A DNA stretch of 63,837 nt, filler included, from Octopus bimaculoides (Eukaryota): NCBI RefSeq assembly GCF_001194135.2. It is 6 parts of 5 records of this genome, joined end to end, with 100 filler letters (N's around TTAATTAATTAA, not from the genome) between each part and the next. Parts side by side here need not be neighbours in the genome. Positions count along the whole stretch, not along the records: positions 49,237 to 57,648 come from NC_068983.1; positions 57,749 to 60,905 come from NC_069004.1; positions 61,006 to 63,837 come from NC_069000.1; 3 more parts are not named here. One strand, 5' to 3'. Positions 51,929 to 63,517 of the stretch are shown here, piece by piece. A program made the translations under genes and the position numbers. Below the pieces are notes generated by a model. The model ran no database searches, was not told the DNA's origin, and saw nothing but the letters and a program-made list of their open reading frames with translations. Positions within the stretch are counted from its first letter, which is position 1; every line of letters starts with the position of its first letter.

Positions 51929-52257
51929 AACAACAAACAAGATGAGGACAAATATCCGTCAAATGTAAATAATGTAAATAAGGTATTTCGTCTGTCTTTA
52001 CGTTCTGAGTTCAAATTTGGCTGAGGTCGACTTTGCCTTTCGGGGTCGATAAATTAAGTACCAATTGCGTACTGGAACCGATCTAATCGACTGGCGCCCA
52101 TCTCTCAAAATTCCGGGCCTTTGCCTAGAGTACAAAAGAATATTAGCTTCAAATTTTGGAACAAAGTCAGTAAATTCGGGGGAGGGGATAAGTCGATTAC
52201 ATCGCCCCCTGCACCGAAATGATGAAAGGTACAGTGGGCATCGGAATGGCTCGAGTG

Positions 52258-52520
52258 ATATTATAGTGGTTAGGGTGTTGCACTCATGATTGCGAGATCG
52301 TGGTTTCAATTCCTAGTCTGGGTGGTGCATTGTGTTCTTGAGCAATACACTTCATCTCACGTTATTCTGTGATCACTTCGACACCTGACGTGTGGTACAC
52401 TGTGGACCTGTTCAGACAACGTCGATTTGATGGGCAGAGTGAACTAATGTGCAGCACATAAACTTGATCTCCATAAAGCAATCATTTATGGAGGTCGTTC
52501 GACTACAAGCTTGTACGCTC
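52258..52520 (+). mobile_element. SINE family C-prime variant with a different tail
   Basis: AGTGGTTAGGGTGTTGCACTCATGATTGCGAGATCGTGGTTTCAATTCC head and TGTGTTCTTGAGCAATACACTTCATCTCACGTT core. Confidence 0.8.
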
Positions 52521-52762
52521 ATACGTCGTCTTCGACGGGAGAGTTCATCATATATATATCAAGTTGTTATAATGATTCTCGTAGTTTATATGGCAACGTT
52601 GAAAATGTAATTTACCCTCGAAATACAGAAGGAAAATAGTTTCCATTGTGTAAAGGATCACAAAACGTACGTACATTGGCAAACAATATATCATATATAA
52701 TGAACAACGCACATATATATATGTGTGTGTGTGTGTGCGCGCGCGTGTGTATGTGTGTGTGC

Positions 52763-52799
<37 letters not shown>

Positions 52800-54167
52800 C
52801 ACACACACACACATACAAACAAGTGTTTATCGTACGTATATTGGCAATATGTATGACTGTGTATATGTGTGTATGTACATTTATGATAAAGAGCGAAATT
52901 TATATATTCCATCATTCTACAAATAATTTTCCTCTTATGCAATTCGGAAAAAGGGAATATGGTTTTAAAATCAGTTGAAATGTAAGAAAATATTGTTCAA
53001 AACGAGAGGTATCGCTTTATTCTAGTTCTGAAGTGGTGCACTAATTATCTGGCGAAACTGTCAGATCGATAATTTCTGAATACTTCGAATTGATGTTGTT
53101 CTATAGAGTGAATTGCTTGTTGCAAGATATTGAAAATATTATTGATTAAACATTCGTTCATTCTAACATGACTTTCTCAGCTACAAGGGGAAATATCTGA
53201 TATAAGTATAAATTTTACTTTCAGTTTGCTAACAGGATTGTGGCTTTGCTGTAAAACTGTTTTAATTGAAGCAGATAACTATCCAAAGAAGAATGTAGTT
53301 TCTTAAACGTATTACGTACTTTATTATAAAATCTATAAGATTATTTAGGGAAAAAGAGTAGCTTTTGTACGAATTTTTAACATAGGTGATTCTAGACAAA
53401 ACCTATATATGGTTATTACAATTCCTTCATATATCGATTACAGCTCCTTGTTTTATAGTAAATAGTGCAATAGTTCTAAACCGAGGCGGTAGCGCTCCCA
53501 TCTAATTCAGAGTGCTGCAGCACACAGCGGGGCGATATATACAAATCAGGCATTAAGGCGGAAACACGCAGTGTTCAGTTTTCTCTAGAAATATATTTAA
53601 ACCAGGTACAACCTTCGTTTTTAATTAACTGGTGACAGATATAAACTGCCACATGATTTAGAACCACCATCTGATATTTGGGTACCCTTAGAAGAGTCTA
53701 CTTACAAGTATATATATCAAATATCTGGTTTTTGAAGTTCTTCCTCCTTTCTCTCACCCTTGATACCCTGTAAAACAAGATAAACTCAAGAAAGGTTTGT
53801 CGGGACTAAAATATGTGCAATATATTGTGATATCAATGAGCAGATACATGATGAATGAGATAGTAAAGTTCACTTTAATTTTGTCCGAGTTATACGTCCA
53901 TGTGTATGCGTCTATTGTTTTAGGGATCTTTTCCATTTGATGGGCAACTCGATTAATTAATTTCTTTAAGTAAACACTTTGAAACTTCGGATGCTGGTAG
54001 AATGTGTCATATAGAACATCTTTTACTCCTAGCGTTGCCGAGAAAAGATTCTATTTTCGAAGTTATTTCCTGTTAAAGTTGTATTTCGGTAATTTCAACC
54101 AATCAATGATGTGTATTCAGCTGAATAAAATTACTGCTGTTGTTTGTCAAAAACAACTATATACGTT

Positions 54168-55420
54168 AGTCTCAAATTCACAAGAGAAATGAGCAACACA
54201 CAATTACCATTTCTTGACATAATGGTAATTAAAAACGACACCACAATCAAAACTGATAGTTATTACAAAAACACAGATACACAGCAGTCCCTAAATTCCA
54301 AATCATGCCACCCAAAATACACAAAACGCAAACATCCCGTACTGTCTAGCAAGGAAAATTTGTACTATAGTCGATGATCCAAATACCAGGAACACACGAA
54401 TTATAGAACTTAAAGGATGTCTGCTCAAGCAAAATTACCCTCTCCTACTTATGGAAAATAGCATACAACGAACAAAAGAGATACCTATAGAACAACTTAC
54501 GGCAACACGAAAAAGATGAACTCATCAAAGACGAACCCTTTCTAGTGATACACAATCCGCATCATCAAAACATTTAAAAAATTATTAAAGCAAATTTGCT
54601 AATCATAAAACAAAGTGAAAAAAACATAATAACTAATCAAACACTTACCTTAAGCAAAAGGCAACCTCATAACCTAAAGAAACTATTAACAAAGGCAAAA
54701 TTCAACATGAACAAACAGGATAAAACTTTCACAGTATCCAAGTGTAATGATAACAGATGTGGAATGTGTCAATAGATGCACACTGGTAGATCCATTAGAA
54801 GAAAAAAATGGACAAATTTTTGCAAATGCAGATGTGAACTGCAAAAGCAGAAATTTGATCTACTGCATTAAATGCCCGAATTGCGAGGAACTATATACAG
54901 TCGAGACAAGGAATGCATTATCGGAACGCTCACGAGTCCACAAACAACAAATCCGGAACTCGAACGTTCACCAAATTCCATTGAGAAAACAAATAGAGGC
55001 ATGTGGTCAGAAAATGTTTCTAATTTTTAATTTCCATAAACTACATGACTCAAGTGAGGTGGGAAGAAAGATAAAAGAAAAGCGGTTTATTAAAATATTC
55101 AAACCTGTTCTGAACGGAAATAACAACAATAGTATAACAACCAGTTAATGATGTGGATTAAAAATATCTCTCCCATATGAATATAAACAAATTACAGAAT
55201 ATCGGTACGTCTGGCAAATCGTGATGTTTAAGCTGCATGCGGATTGGTCAAAACCGTATTCTAAAAATTCAGCTTGTTGGAGCCTTATAAGGGGTATTAC
55301 AGTTGTCAAGAACTCAACTGCCAGTTAAACACATTTGAAATCTGATGATTACTCTACGTATGAAAGCGCTAATTTTGCATTATGAGCATTATAAAATATT
55401 GTCAATGTTTAAATTACCAT
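54168..55420 (+). mobile_element. 5'-truncated, frameshifted Penelope-like element, probably Neptune type
   Basis: RT C-terminal/thumb motifs LKFTRE...LPFLDI...KTDSYYKNTDTQQ...SCHP; Cys linker KCNDNRCGMC; GIY-YIG domain NCKSRNLIYCIKCPNCEELYTVETRNALSER...EKRFIKIFKPVLN; 3' UTR containing a hammerhead. Confidence 0.93.
55338..55375 (+). ncRNA. Minimal type I hammerhead motif (family 4) in the 3' UTR of the Neptune-like element
   Basis: AAAT-CTGATGA-TTAC-TCTAC-GTAT-GAAA-GCGC-TA-ATTT: intact core, AGCGCT palindrome, 4-bp stem I, weak stem II closed by a U-U mismatch. Confidence 0.65.
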
Positions 55421-55644
55421 AAAATCCCAAATATTAATGTTTAAAATAACATAATAAAAAAACTGAAAACCAGACCATCTTTTAACTTTATTCAACTGAT
55501 ACACACACACACACACANNNNNNNNNNNNNNNNNNNNNNNNNNNNNNNNNNNNNNNNNNNNNNNNNNNNNNNNNNNNNNNNNNNNNNNNNNNNNNNNNNN
55601 NNNNNNNNNNNNNNNNNNNNNNNNNACACACACACACACACATG

Positions 55645-55675
<31 letters not shown>

Positions 55676-56074
55676 GCATGTATGTTTTGCTTTTAATTGT
55701 TTTTACAAGAATTTAACATCCTGTGTACTAAAAGAAAAGGTCATGCTGCATATGGTATTTAAGTCTATATGGACAATAAACCATAAACCGCCGTGCAAAT
55801 TTATGTTTTGTGTGATTAAAATTACGTACTATTTATTTTTTGCAAAATATACGGCAAGAATGTTTGTATAATTTCTTTTGTTGAAAAGTAGCGTAGAGTT
55901 ACAAGTATCTGAGAAACCATTGAACAAGGAGGGGTATGAAATAAAGCTCTCATACACATAATGTAAGTTGTGTTATGGTAAGACCAACTGCTTTGATCGC
56001 GAGATACATATAATTACCATAGTTTGAGTAGATTTCATGTTGACACTTATGTATGGCATTAAATTTGTAAGCTT

Positions 56075-56156
56075 TTATGATATAGAATTCCCTGATTTCT
56101 TTGGACTTATTATTATAAGTTAAAATTGACGAAAATCAGGGAATTCCATATCATAA
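56075..56156. other. Hairpin with a 24-bp stem (23 of 24 matched) and a 34-nt loop containing an inner stem
   Basis: TTATGATATAGAATTCCCTGATTT (56075-56098) versus AAATCAGGGAATTCCATATCATAA (56133-56156). Confidence 0.85.
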
Positions 56157-56160
56157 GCGC

Positions 56161-56254
56161 TTCATATTGTTTCACCTTGTGATGTTAGAGGTTAACTTCT
56201 ATTCTAATTCATATTGCTTCCCCTTGTGATGTTAAAAGTTAACTTCTGTTCTAA
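56161..56254 (+). repeat. 47-bp direct tandem duplication
   Basis: Units 56161-56207 and 56208-56254 differ at about 5 positions. Confidence 0.92.
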
Positions 56255-56869
56255 TATACAATGTTCGGAGATTCTGAAGCGTATTCTGTGCTTTTGAAAT
56301 ATTTAGCAGTTTTACGAGGAACTGTCAATGCTTAGACACGCGAGGTTGATATAGAATATAGAAAAAGATATTGTCTAGAAAAACTTTCATAAGTGTTTTG
56401 ATTATCTCTTCTAAGACGGTATCACGTGTACCTCCAAGGAATTCACATGTCAGCTTAATCAAATGAATTTGATACAAAACACAGCCATTACGACATATAT
56501 ATTTCTTGTTTTGTACACACTGTTTGATTTGACTTAGCATCATAATGGCAGTGCTGCTACAATAATGTCAACTGTACTGTTGTGATTACAATACTTTACA
56601 ATTATGGCAATATAGTAGTGAAGAGAAATTTAAGAATAAATATCCTGCACAGTTAAAAATATTACTGTATCAGAGTGGATTCATCTACAGTTTACTATAA
56701 AGTCTGCATTTTTTATATATCACCGATGTTGTCTGCTTTCACAGCAGTGTGATCTATGCTGTTTTATGCAATGAAAACTCAATGTTTATTTTTTTAATGT
56801 TTTGAGTATTCAAAGTTATTAGCTAAGGCATTGTAGTTTTTATTTTGGGTTGCAGCCTACGCTACTTAA

Positions 56870-57105
56870 TGGAGGTGCAATGGCCCAGTAGTTAGAGCAG
56901 CGGGCTCGCCGTCATAGGATTGCGGTTTCGATTCCCAGACCGGGCGTTGTGAGTGTTTATTGAGCGAAAACACCTAAAGCTCTACGGGGCTCCGGCAGGG
57001 GATGGTGGTGAACCCTGCTGTACTCTTTCACCACAACTTTCTCTCACTCTTTCTTCCTGTTTCTGTTGTGCCTATAATTCAAAGGGTCAGCCTTGTCACA
57101 CTGTG
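56870..57105 (+). mobile_element. tRNA(Arg)-like SINE, family C
   Basis: Aligns along its length to 2142-2385. Confidence 0.9.
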
Positions 57106-57343
57106 CGACAGAGTGCCAACAACAACATGCTACTTAATGATACCTGCACGATTAAATATTTGACTTGTGTCGCAGGTTGCAAAAGGCAACACGTATGTGA
57201 CAGAGTAGCTTCTTTTATTTCTTCCTTGAAGGAAACAAAAGCAAGTAGCCTTATAAATATGAGCGAAATATAGAAATGTAACCGAATATATGTGTAAGTT
57301 TGTATGCTATGTATGTAAAATATGTATATGTATGTATGTGTAA

Positions 57344-57380
<37 letters not shown>

Positions 57381-57781
57381 TTTCAATTTATACTATTATT
57401 ATCAACGGTTACTCATTTTAATATCTATCACTTCTTATCGTAACTCATCATTCTATATTCATAAAACTTGTTGCTATTTTCTATTTTATCTATTGAATCT
57501 TTCTCTGTAAATATTTAAAATATATTTAGCTTTAACTTTTAAAACTGATATACAAGATGACAGTATTAACAATATATTTGATGGCAACAAATTTAGAATC
57601 AGCTAGATTGTAACTTGATAAAACAAGGACTTCTCTTTCTAAAATACCNNNNNNNNNNNNNNNNNNNNNNNNNNNNNNNNNNNNNNNNNNNNTTAATTAA
57701 TTAANNNNNNNNNNNNNNNNNNNNNNNNNNNNNNNNNNNNNNNNNNNNATATATATATTTATGTATATATGTGTTTATGTA

Positions 57782-57822
<41 letters not shown>

Positions 57823-58579
57823 GTATATATGTGTATATATATATATGTATATATATATATTTATGTATATATATATATATATGTATGTATGTACGTATGT
57901 ATGTATGTGATAAAGAGAGAGATGGGGTGGGGGAGATATGCGTAAATAGAGGAAAGAGAGCGGGCGGGAGAGAGAGAGAGAGCAATGGCTTATAAATAGA
58001 AGGTTCTAAAGAGTGGGATGCAAATTTGGAAAAAGTGTGGGATGACCGAGCTAATTGCAGGTAAATGGATTCATTGACGCAATGTGCTAGAAATAGCATT
58101 CGAGTCTACCTCAAATTATAATCTCGACATCCTTTAAAAACAAACGGAAGAACACATTGGATAATGTAGACATATATAGAGATTGTCTGAATTTTGGACG
58201 AGTTGGTTATGAACGGAGCAAAACACATCTTGACTAGAGGTTTGCTGGATCAAGAGTGACCCGAGACAGGACAACAAACTGGACAATGAGAGAAATATCG
58301 AAGGAGCAGGAGCTCATGGGCCGCCATTATTTCTGTAAACCTATTCATGTTCCATTGTCGTTGTTGTTGTCGTTAAGCGACAGATCTGTTCTGATTGAAT
58401 AATTAACTCAAGACCAAAGAAGTTCCACTCGTGACTATCACATCTTTTAATTATCAGGTGTAACTGTGTAGCAAGTGGTTTGCTTCCCAATGTTCCAAGT
58501 TCAGTCCCACTGCCTGGCACCTTGGACGAGTATCTTCTACTCTAGTCTCGGGCACCCTAAACCTCGGGCACCCTAAACC

Positions 58580-58739
58580 TCTTGACCCCAGTACGTAATT
58601 GGTACTTAATTTATCGACCCCGAAAGGATGATAGGCAAAGTCGACATCGGCGGAATTTGAACTTCAGAACGTAACGGCAGACGAAATACCGCTAAGCATT
58701 TCGCCCGGCGTCCTAACGTTTCTGCCAGCTCGCCGCCTT
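58580..58739 (-). mobile_element. SINE family A, 3'-truncated, abutting a SINE B head at 58465-58560
   Basis: Clear consensus match; 16-bp tandem duplication CTCGGGCACCCTAAAC at the junction (58547-58578). Confidence 0.9.
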
Positions 58740-58895
58740 TTGGCCAACCCTGTATATTGATGTGTGTGTGGTGGGGTGGGGTGCGTCCATGTTGTACGTG
58801 TTGTGTGTATGTACGTGTGTATGTTGTGTGTGTATGTGTGAGTGTGTTTGGACAAAACAAAACAAAAACCAAAAAAAAAAAAAAACCATTAACAA

Positions 58896-58935
58896 GACTA
58901 GTTTCAGACCCGCGTCGAGATATCATCAGGGATCA
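58896..58935 (-). ncRNA. Degenerate hammerhead-like motif (family 5)
   Basis: CTGATGA-TATCTCG-ACG-CGGGTCT-GAAA-CTAG-TC: core, ACTAGT palindrome and GUC site present; stem II damaged; no stem I partner. Confidence 0.4.
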
Positions 58936-59129
58936 ACTACCCTCTTTAACTGCTATGTCTTGAAGAATGTCAAAGCATTAAGGTTTTGAAACAATAAAAG
59001 GCAAAGCAAATTGAAAGACCGTGGGAAATCTTAGAGAGAGAAAGAAACAGAATTGGGAGATTTTATAGTTGTAAGAGAACGGTGTAAAAAAAGAGTTTAT
59101 GTCATCGGTAAATTTGTAAATAGTATATC

Positions 59130-59290
59130 ACAGAAAGTAGGAGAATAGGTTGATGATGTCGTCGACCCATATTAGAATAAAATCACCAGGAAGGAAGTTG
59201 GTAATTTTCGGCTGTCGTTTCCGGTGGCATTGTTAAGGGGTTAGAAAATCGTCTTCTTTTAAACAGTTTCTCAAGCTTCCCAATGTCAGG
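59130..59290 (+). mobile_element. Highly decayed CR1-like RT fragment
   Basis: TRKEVGNFRLS resembles the G.R.E.GNYRP.S motif. Confidence 0.35.
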
Positions 59291-60223
59291 GATCACAGTG
59301 TGTGCGTGTGTGTGTAGGTGTGTGTGAGTGTGAGTGTGTAGATGTGTGTATGTGAGTGTGAATATGTGTGTGTGTGCGCGCGCGCGTGTGCGTGTGTGTG
59401 TGTGTGTATGAGGGTGAGTCGTAAAAGTTTACCATTTGAACTCTCGTCAGAAGGGAGAATTAGATAGCTAGACAGACAGACAGACAGACAAATAGATAGA
59501 TAGACAGATAGTTAAGAAGGTAGGTAGATAGGAAGATAGACAGATAAGAAGATAAAAAGACAGACAGGCAGTTAATTTGAAGGACAGATAGACAGATAGA
59601 TTAGCAGAGAGACTGATGTAATTAGACAGACAGATAAACAGAGAGAGACTTAGGTAGTTAGACAGACAGATAGACAGGTAGATAGACAGAGAGATAGATA
59701 GACAGGTAGACAGAGAGATAGATAGAAGGCAGACTGACAGATGAGGAGAGAGTCTCAGAGCCTTTTGACAAAAGAGGGTAGCAGGACTTGGCAGCTCCCA
59801 GCTAACCAATGCCACAAGAGATTTTAAAAGTAAATCCTTCAACTTGAGAGAAGAATAAAGAAATAAGGTACAAATCGAAATAAGAAACACAAATTTTGCT
59901 TTATACGAAAATATTGTAGAACAAAAACTAAAGATTTTTATTATTTCGGAAACATGAAATAATAAAAATACATCAGATTTGTAGAAATGAAGGCAAGAAA
60001 ACGATTCGATCGATTAACAATACTTTGGTGGAATTTTATCAGTTCTGGAGAAAATGAAAGGTAGAGTCGATCTCAGCGGGATTTGAACTTAGAACAGGAA
60101 GAGGTTGGACTGAATGCTACATTGTATTTTGTATTGTGCTATACCGATTCAACCAATATTGAGCAATGTCGTTTGAAAGCATTTATATGCATATACACGC
60201 GCAGTGGAATGGAATAGACAGAC

Positions 60224-60261
<38 letters not shown>

Positions 60262-60355
60262 GTGGACGGGCGGTCGGACGGACGGATGGACGGACGGGAG
60301 GACAGATGGACTGACGGACGGGCGGACGAGCAGACAGGTGTGTTGATATTATACG

Positions 60356-60390
<35 letters not shown>

Positions 60391-60604
60391 GAGAAGGAGA
60401 GAGAGAGAGATACATATACATTCACATCCTTCTCTCTCTCTCTCTCGGTCTCTGGATAGATAGATAGATAGATAGATAGATAGTGGTGTGTAGTGTGGTC
60501 ACAGCAAAATGTGTAGGCGTTGATGGCTGGAATAAATCAAATTGGCTCTAAGTTGAGAAATCAGCGACAAAACTGTGTGTGTATGTGTGTAAGCATGCGG
60601 GTAT

Positions 60605-60637
<33 letters not shown>

Positions 60638-60756
60638 TGTGTGTGTATTTGTGTGAGAATAATAAGATGGAACGGAGAAGGGGGGAAGAAAGGGAAAGAG
60701 AGATTGTCATTGAAAGAGGATGCCGTGGTTGTATATTTGCGTGGGAAGTACATCTA

Positions 60757-60808
<52 letters not shown>

Positions 60809-60825
60809 CGCACATACATTCACAC

Positions 60826-60862
<37 letters not shown>

Positions 60863-61005
60863 TATATATATACATATATATATACATATATATATATACA
60901 TATATNNNNNNNNNNNNNNNNNNNNNNNNNNNNNNNNNNNNNNNNNNNNTTAATTAATTAANNNNNNNNNNNNNNNNNNNNNNNNNNNNNNNNNNNNNNN
61001 NNNNN

Positions 61006-61052
<47 letters not shown>

Positions 61053-61656
61053 GCACAAATTTATGCACACACATTCATACACACGCTGTATGCGTATGTA
61101 TACTTGTTGTGATTGTAACTATTTTCTTTTTCTCATCTGCCACTTTTCAACATGCCATCTCCCAGAAGGCTTCACCAATTCTGCTGCTGCTGCGGCTACT
61201 ACTGGTGTAAAAGAAATACAAATCCTTCCTCAGCACAAAAAAGAACGGGTATTTCAATTCCAAAATTATTTGTCGAATTTATTTATTTCGACATTTTTCT
61301 GTAGTGAATATATTTCTTATCTTGACATACGTAAGTTTGCGGGCGTATGTACGTACATTCATACACACACACAAACGCACCCACGCACAAACGCAAGCAC
61401 AAACGCACAAACTCGCGCGCGCACATACATACACATAGAAGCAAACGCACATACATACTCATATATGTGTGTATGCGCGCATATATACGCATGTCTACAT
61501 ATATATTTGTATGTACATGTTTATATATGTATATGTATGCAAGTGTACGTATATTTATTGTGTTCATTTGTGTGTATATATTCTTTCATGCATATATACG
61601 TATTTATATATAAATATATATATATACATATATATACGTATATCTATATATCTATC

Positions 61657-61697
<41 letters not shown>

Positions 61698-61821
61698 NNN
61701 NNNNNNNATACGTATTTATATATAAATATATATATATACATATATACATATGTATATAGATACATATGCACGCACGCACACACATGCACACATACACACA
61801 CACACACACACACATATTTAA

Positions 61822-63120
61822 AGAGGATGCGGTGAATGAATTGTACTCTAAATTACGCAAAAATGAAAGTAGCACAGACATCTCATTTTAACAGATATAT
61901 TTACCGGAATTACATAAAAAATATCTTGAAATTTATTCACTAAAATCGCCATTGGCTTCAAGCAAAGCTTCCAGGTGACTTCGGAATTTTCTGCAACTCT
62001 TCTTGTTTAATTTGTTGAATGCTACCATAATCCTTGCTTTGAGTTCCTCTTTGCTGTTACAAGGAGTTTTGTTGGTCTCTCGCCCAACTGTGCCCCAAAC
62101 ATAATAATCAAGGGTGTTGCAGTCTTTGGAGTCAGGTAACCAGATGTTAGGGGTGATGTAGTCGCAGAAATTATCTGACAGCCCTGACTCGGCTCTCCTG
62201 CTTGTGTGACATGTTCCCATTCAGTGTCTTCCAGCAGCCTCCCTCTTCACCCGGAGAACCACTACCTCCTCTAAGCACTTGATGTAGGCCTCCGTGTTGA
62301 GTCTGATGCAGTGTGAGGAGATGAATGGAAGCATAACTTCCCCATCATTAGTAATCACTTCTAACACAATGATGCTGACTGGATGTTTGATTTTTATCAC
62401 TCTCAGTACATATTCTGAGGACTCGGATTGATGCCCAACATTTTGAAATGTTTGTTTTGGAGCTTCCGGCGCGAATGCCAAGCAGTACAGCATGTCGTTC
62501 CAAATTTCTTATTTCTTTACTGCCCACAAGGGGCTACACACAGAGTGGACAAACAAGGACAAACAAACGGATTAAGTCGATTATATTGACCCCAGTGCGT
62601 AACTGGTACTTATTTAATCGACCTCGAAGGGATGAAAGGCAAAGTCGACCTCGGACGAATTTGAACTCAGAACGTAGCGGCAGACGAAATAACGCTAAGC
62701 ATTTCGCCCGGTGAGCTAACGTTTCTTATTTCTTTATTGCCCACAAGGCGCTAAACATAGAGGGGATAAACAAGGACAAACAAAGGGATTAAGTCGATCA
62801 CATCGACCCCAGTGTGTAACTGGTACACAATTTTTCGACCCCGAAAGGATGAAAGGCAAAGTCGACCTCGGTGGAGTTTGAACTCAGAACATAACGGCAG
62901 ACGAAATACTGCTAAGCATTTCGCCCGGCGTGCTAATGTTTCTGCCGGCTCGCCGCCTTCATGTCGTTCCAAATTTCTGACAGAGGGAATTACGTCATTG
63001 TGCTCTTTTCCTCACAAACGGTGCCCAACTCTCCTGAGTAGTCGACAAACTCAAAAACAATCAATGCGAATGCGCGAAGTTAATAATCATAAAATGGTGA
63101 CAATTACCCTGCGACAAAGC
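61822..63120 (-). mobile_element. Internally deleted maT (DD37D) Tc1/mariner transposon carrying a SINE insertion
   Basis: KHPVSIIV...LRLNTEAYIKCLEEVV-like and CHTSRR...PNIWLPDSKDCNTLDYYVWG...EANGD segments. N-terminus (HAVLLGIRAGSS) at 62445-62999 is split by SINEs. TIR-like ends near 61822 and 63090-63116. DD37D is inferred from residue spacing because the QQD codons are deleted here. Confidence 0.85.
62510..62959 (-). mobile_element. Tandem dimer of SINE A flanked by a perfect 19-bp TSD
   Basis: CATGTCGTTCCAAATTTCT at 62491-62509 and 62960-62978; units about 62510-62725 and 62725-62959. Confidence 0.93.
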
Positions 63121-63478
63121 GACAGATGGAGACAGCTGTTAGAATTCAGTGGACTTACGAGAGTACAATGTGTGTGATTTATGAATGTTTAAACAGAAAA
63201 AGCAATGCGTACAAAGCTTAGTACTTTTAAATATTTGTATAGCCTTCTTGGAAACATTAAGATGAGTTCCTCATTTTCATAACTCCGAATGTTCTATATC
63301 ATATTGCCCCATCACTGAGATCTGTGTGCTCTGTTTCTTTATAGCAGAAACATCTGTAACATAATGAATGTGATCACGAAACTTTTATGCTTCCGTCATT
63401 CACTCACCCATTCATAATATATGTATGCATATGTGTGTGTGTTTGTGCGTCTACGTGTGAGTGTATGTTTGTGTACGC

Positions 63479-63517
<39 letters not shown>

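Larger units (their letters stand above)
51140..51981. mobile_element. Penelope/Poseidon-type element fragment with internal inversion and two opposed terminal repeats
   Basis: Plus 51601-51747 gives KPPTEENMTKNCVCSIPCSCGRLYKGETCRPLKIRVEEHCKAVTRGDID (GIY-YIG). Minus 51599-51534 gives the direct continuation KSGIADHVWKNGNHLPLWDEVK. Terminal repeats at 51165-51361 (minus) and 51748-51981 (plus). Confidence 0.92.
51079..52145 (+). mobile_element. SINE A copy split by the Penelope-like insertion (head 51079-51139, body 51982-52145)
   Basis: The consensus resumes after the insert; GG(C/T)ATTTCGTCT is duplicated at 51128-51139 and 51982-51993. Confidence 0.88.

Noticed and set aside
11966-60961. 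Recurrent palindromic TTAATTAATTAA
   Set aside because: Always embedded in N runs; an artificial scaffold spacer, not a biological site.
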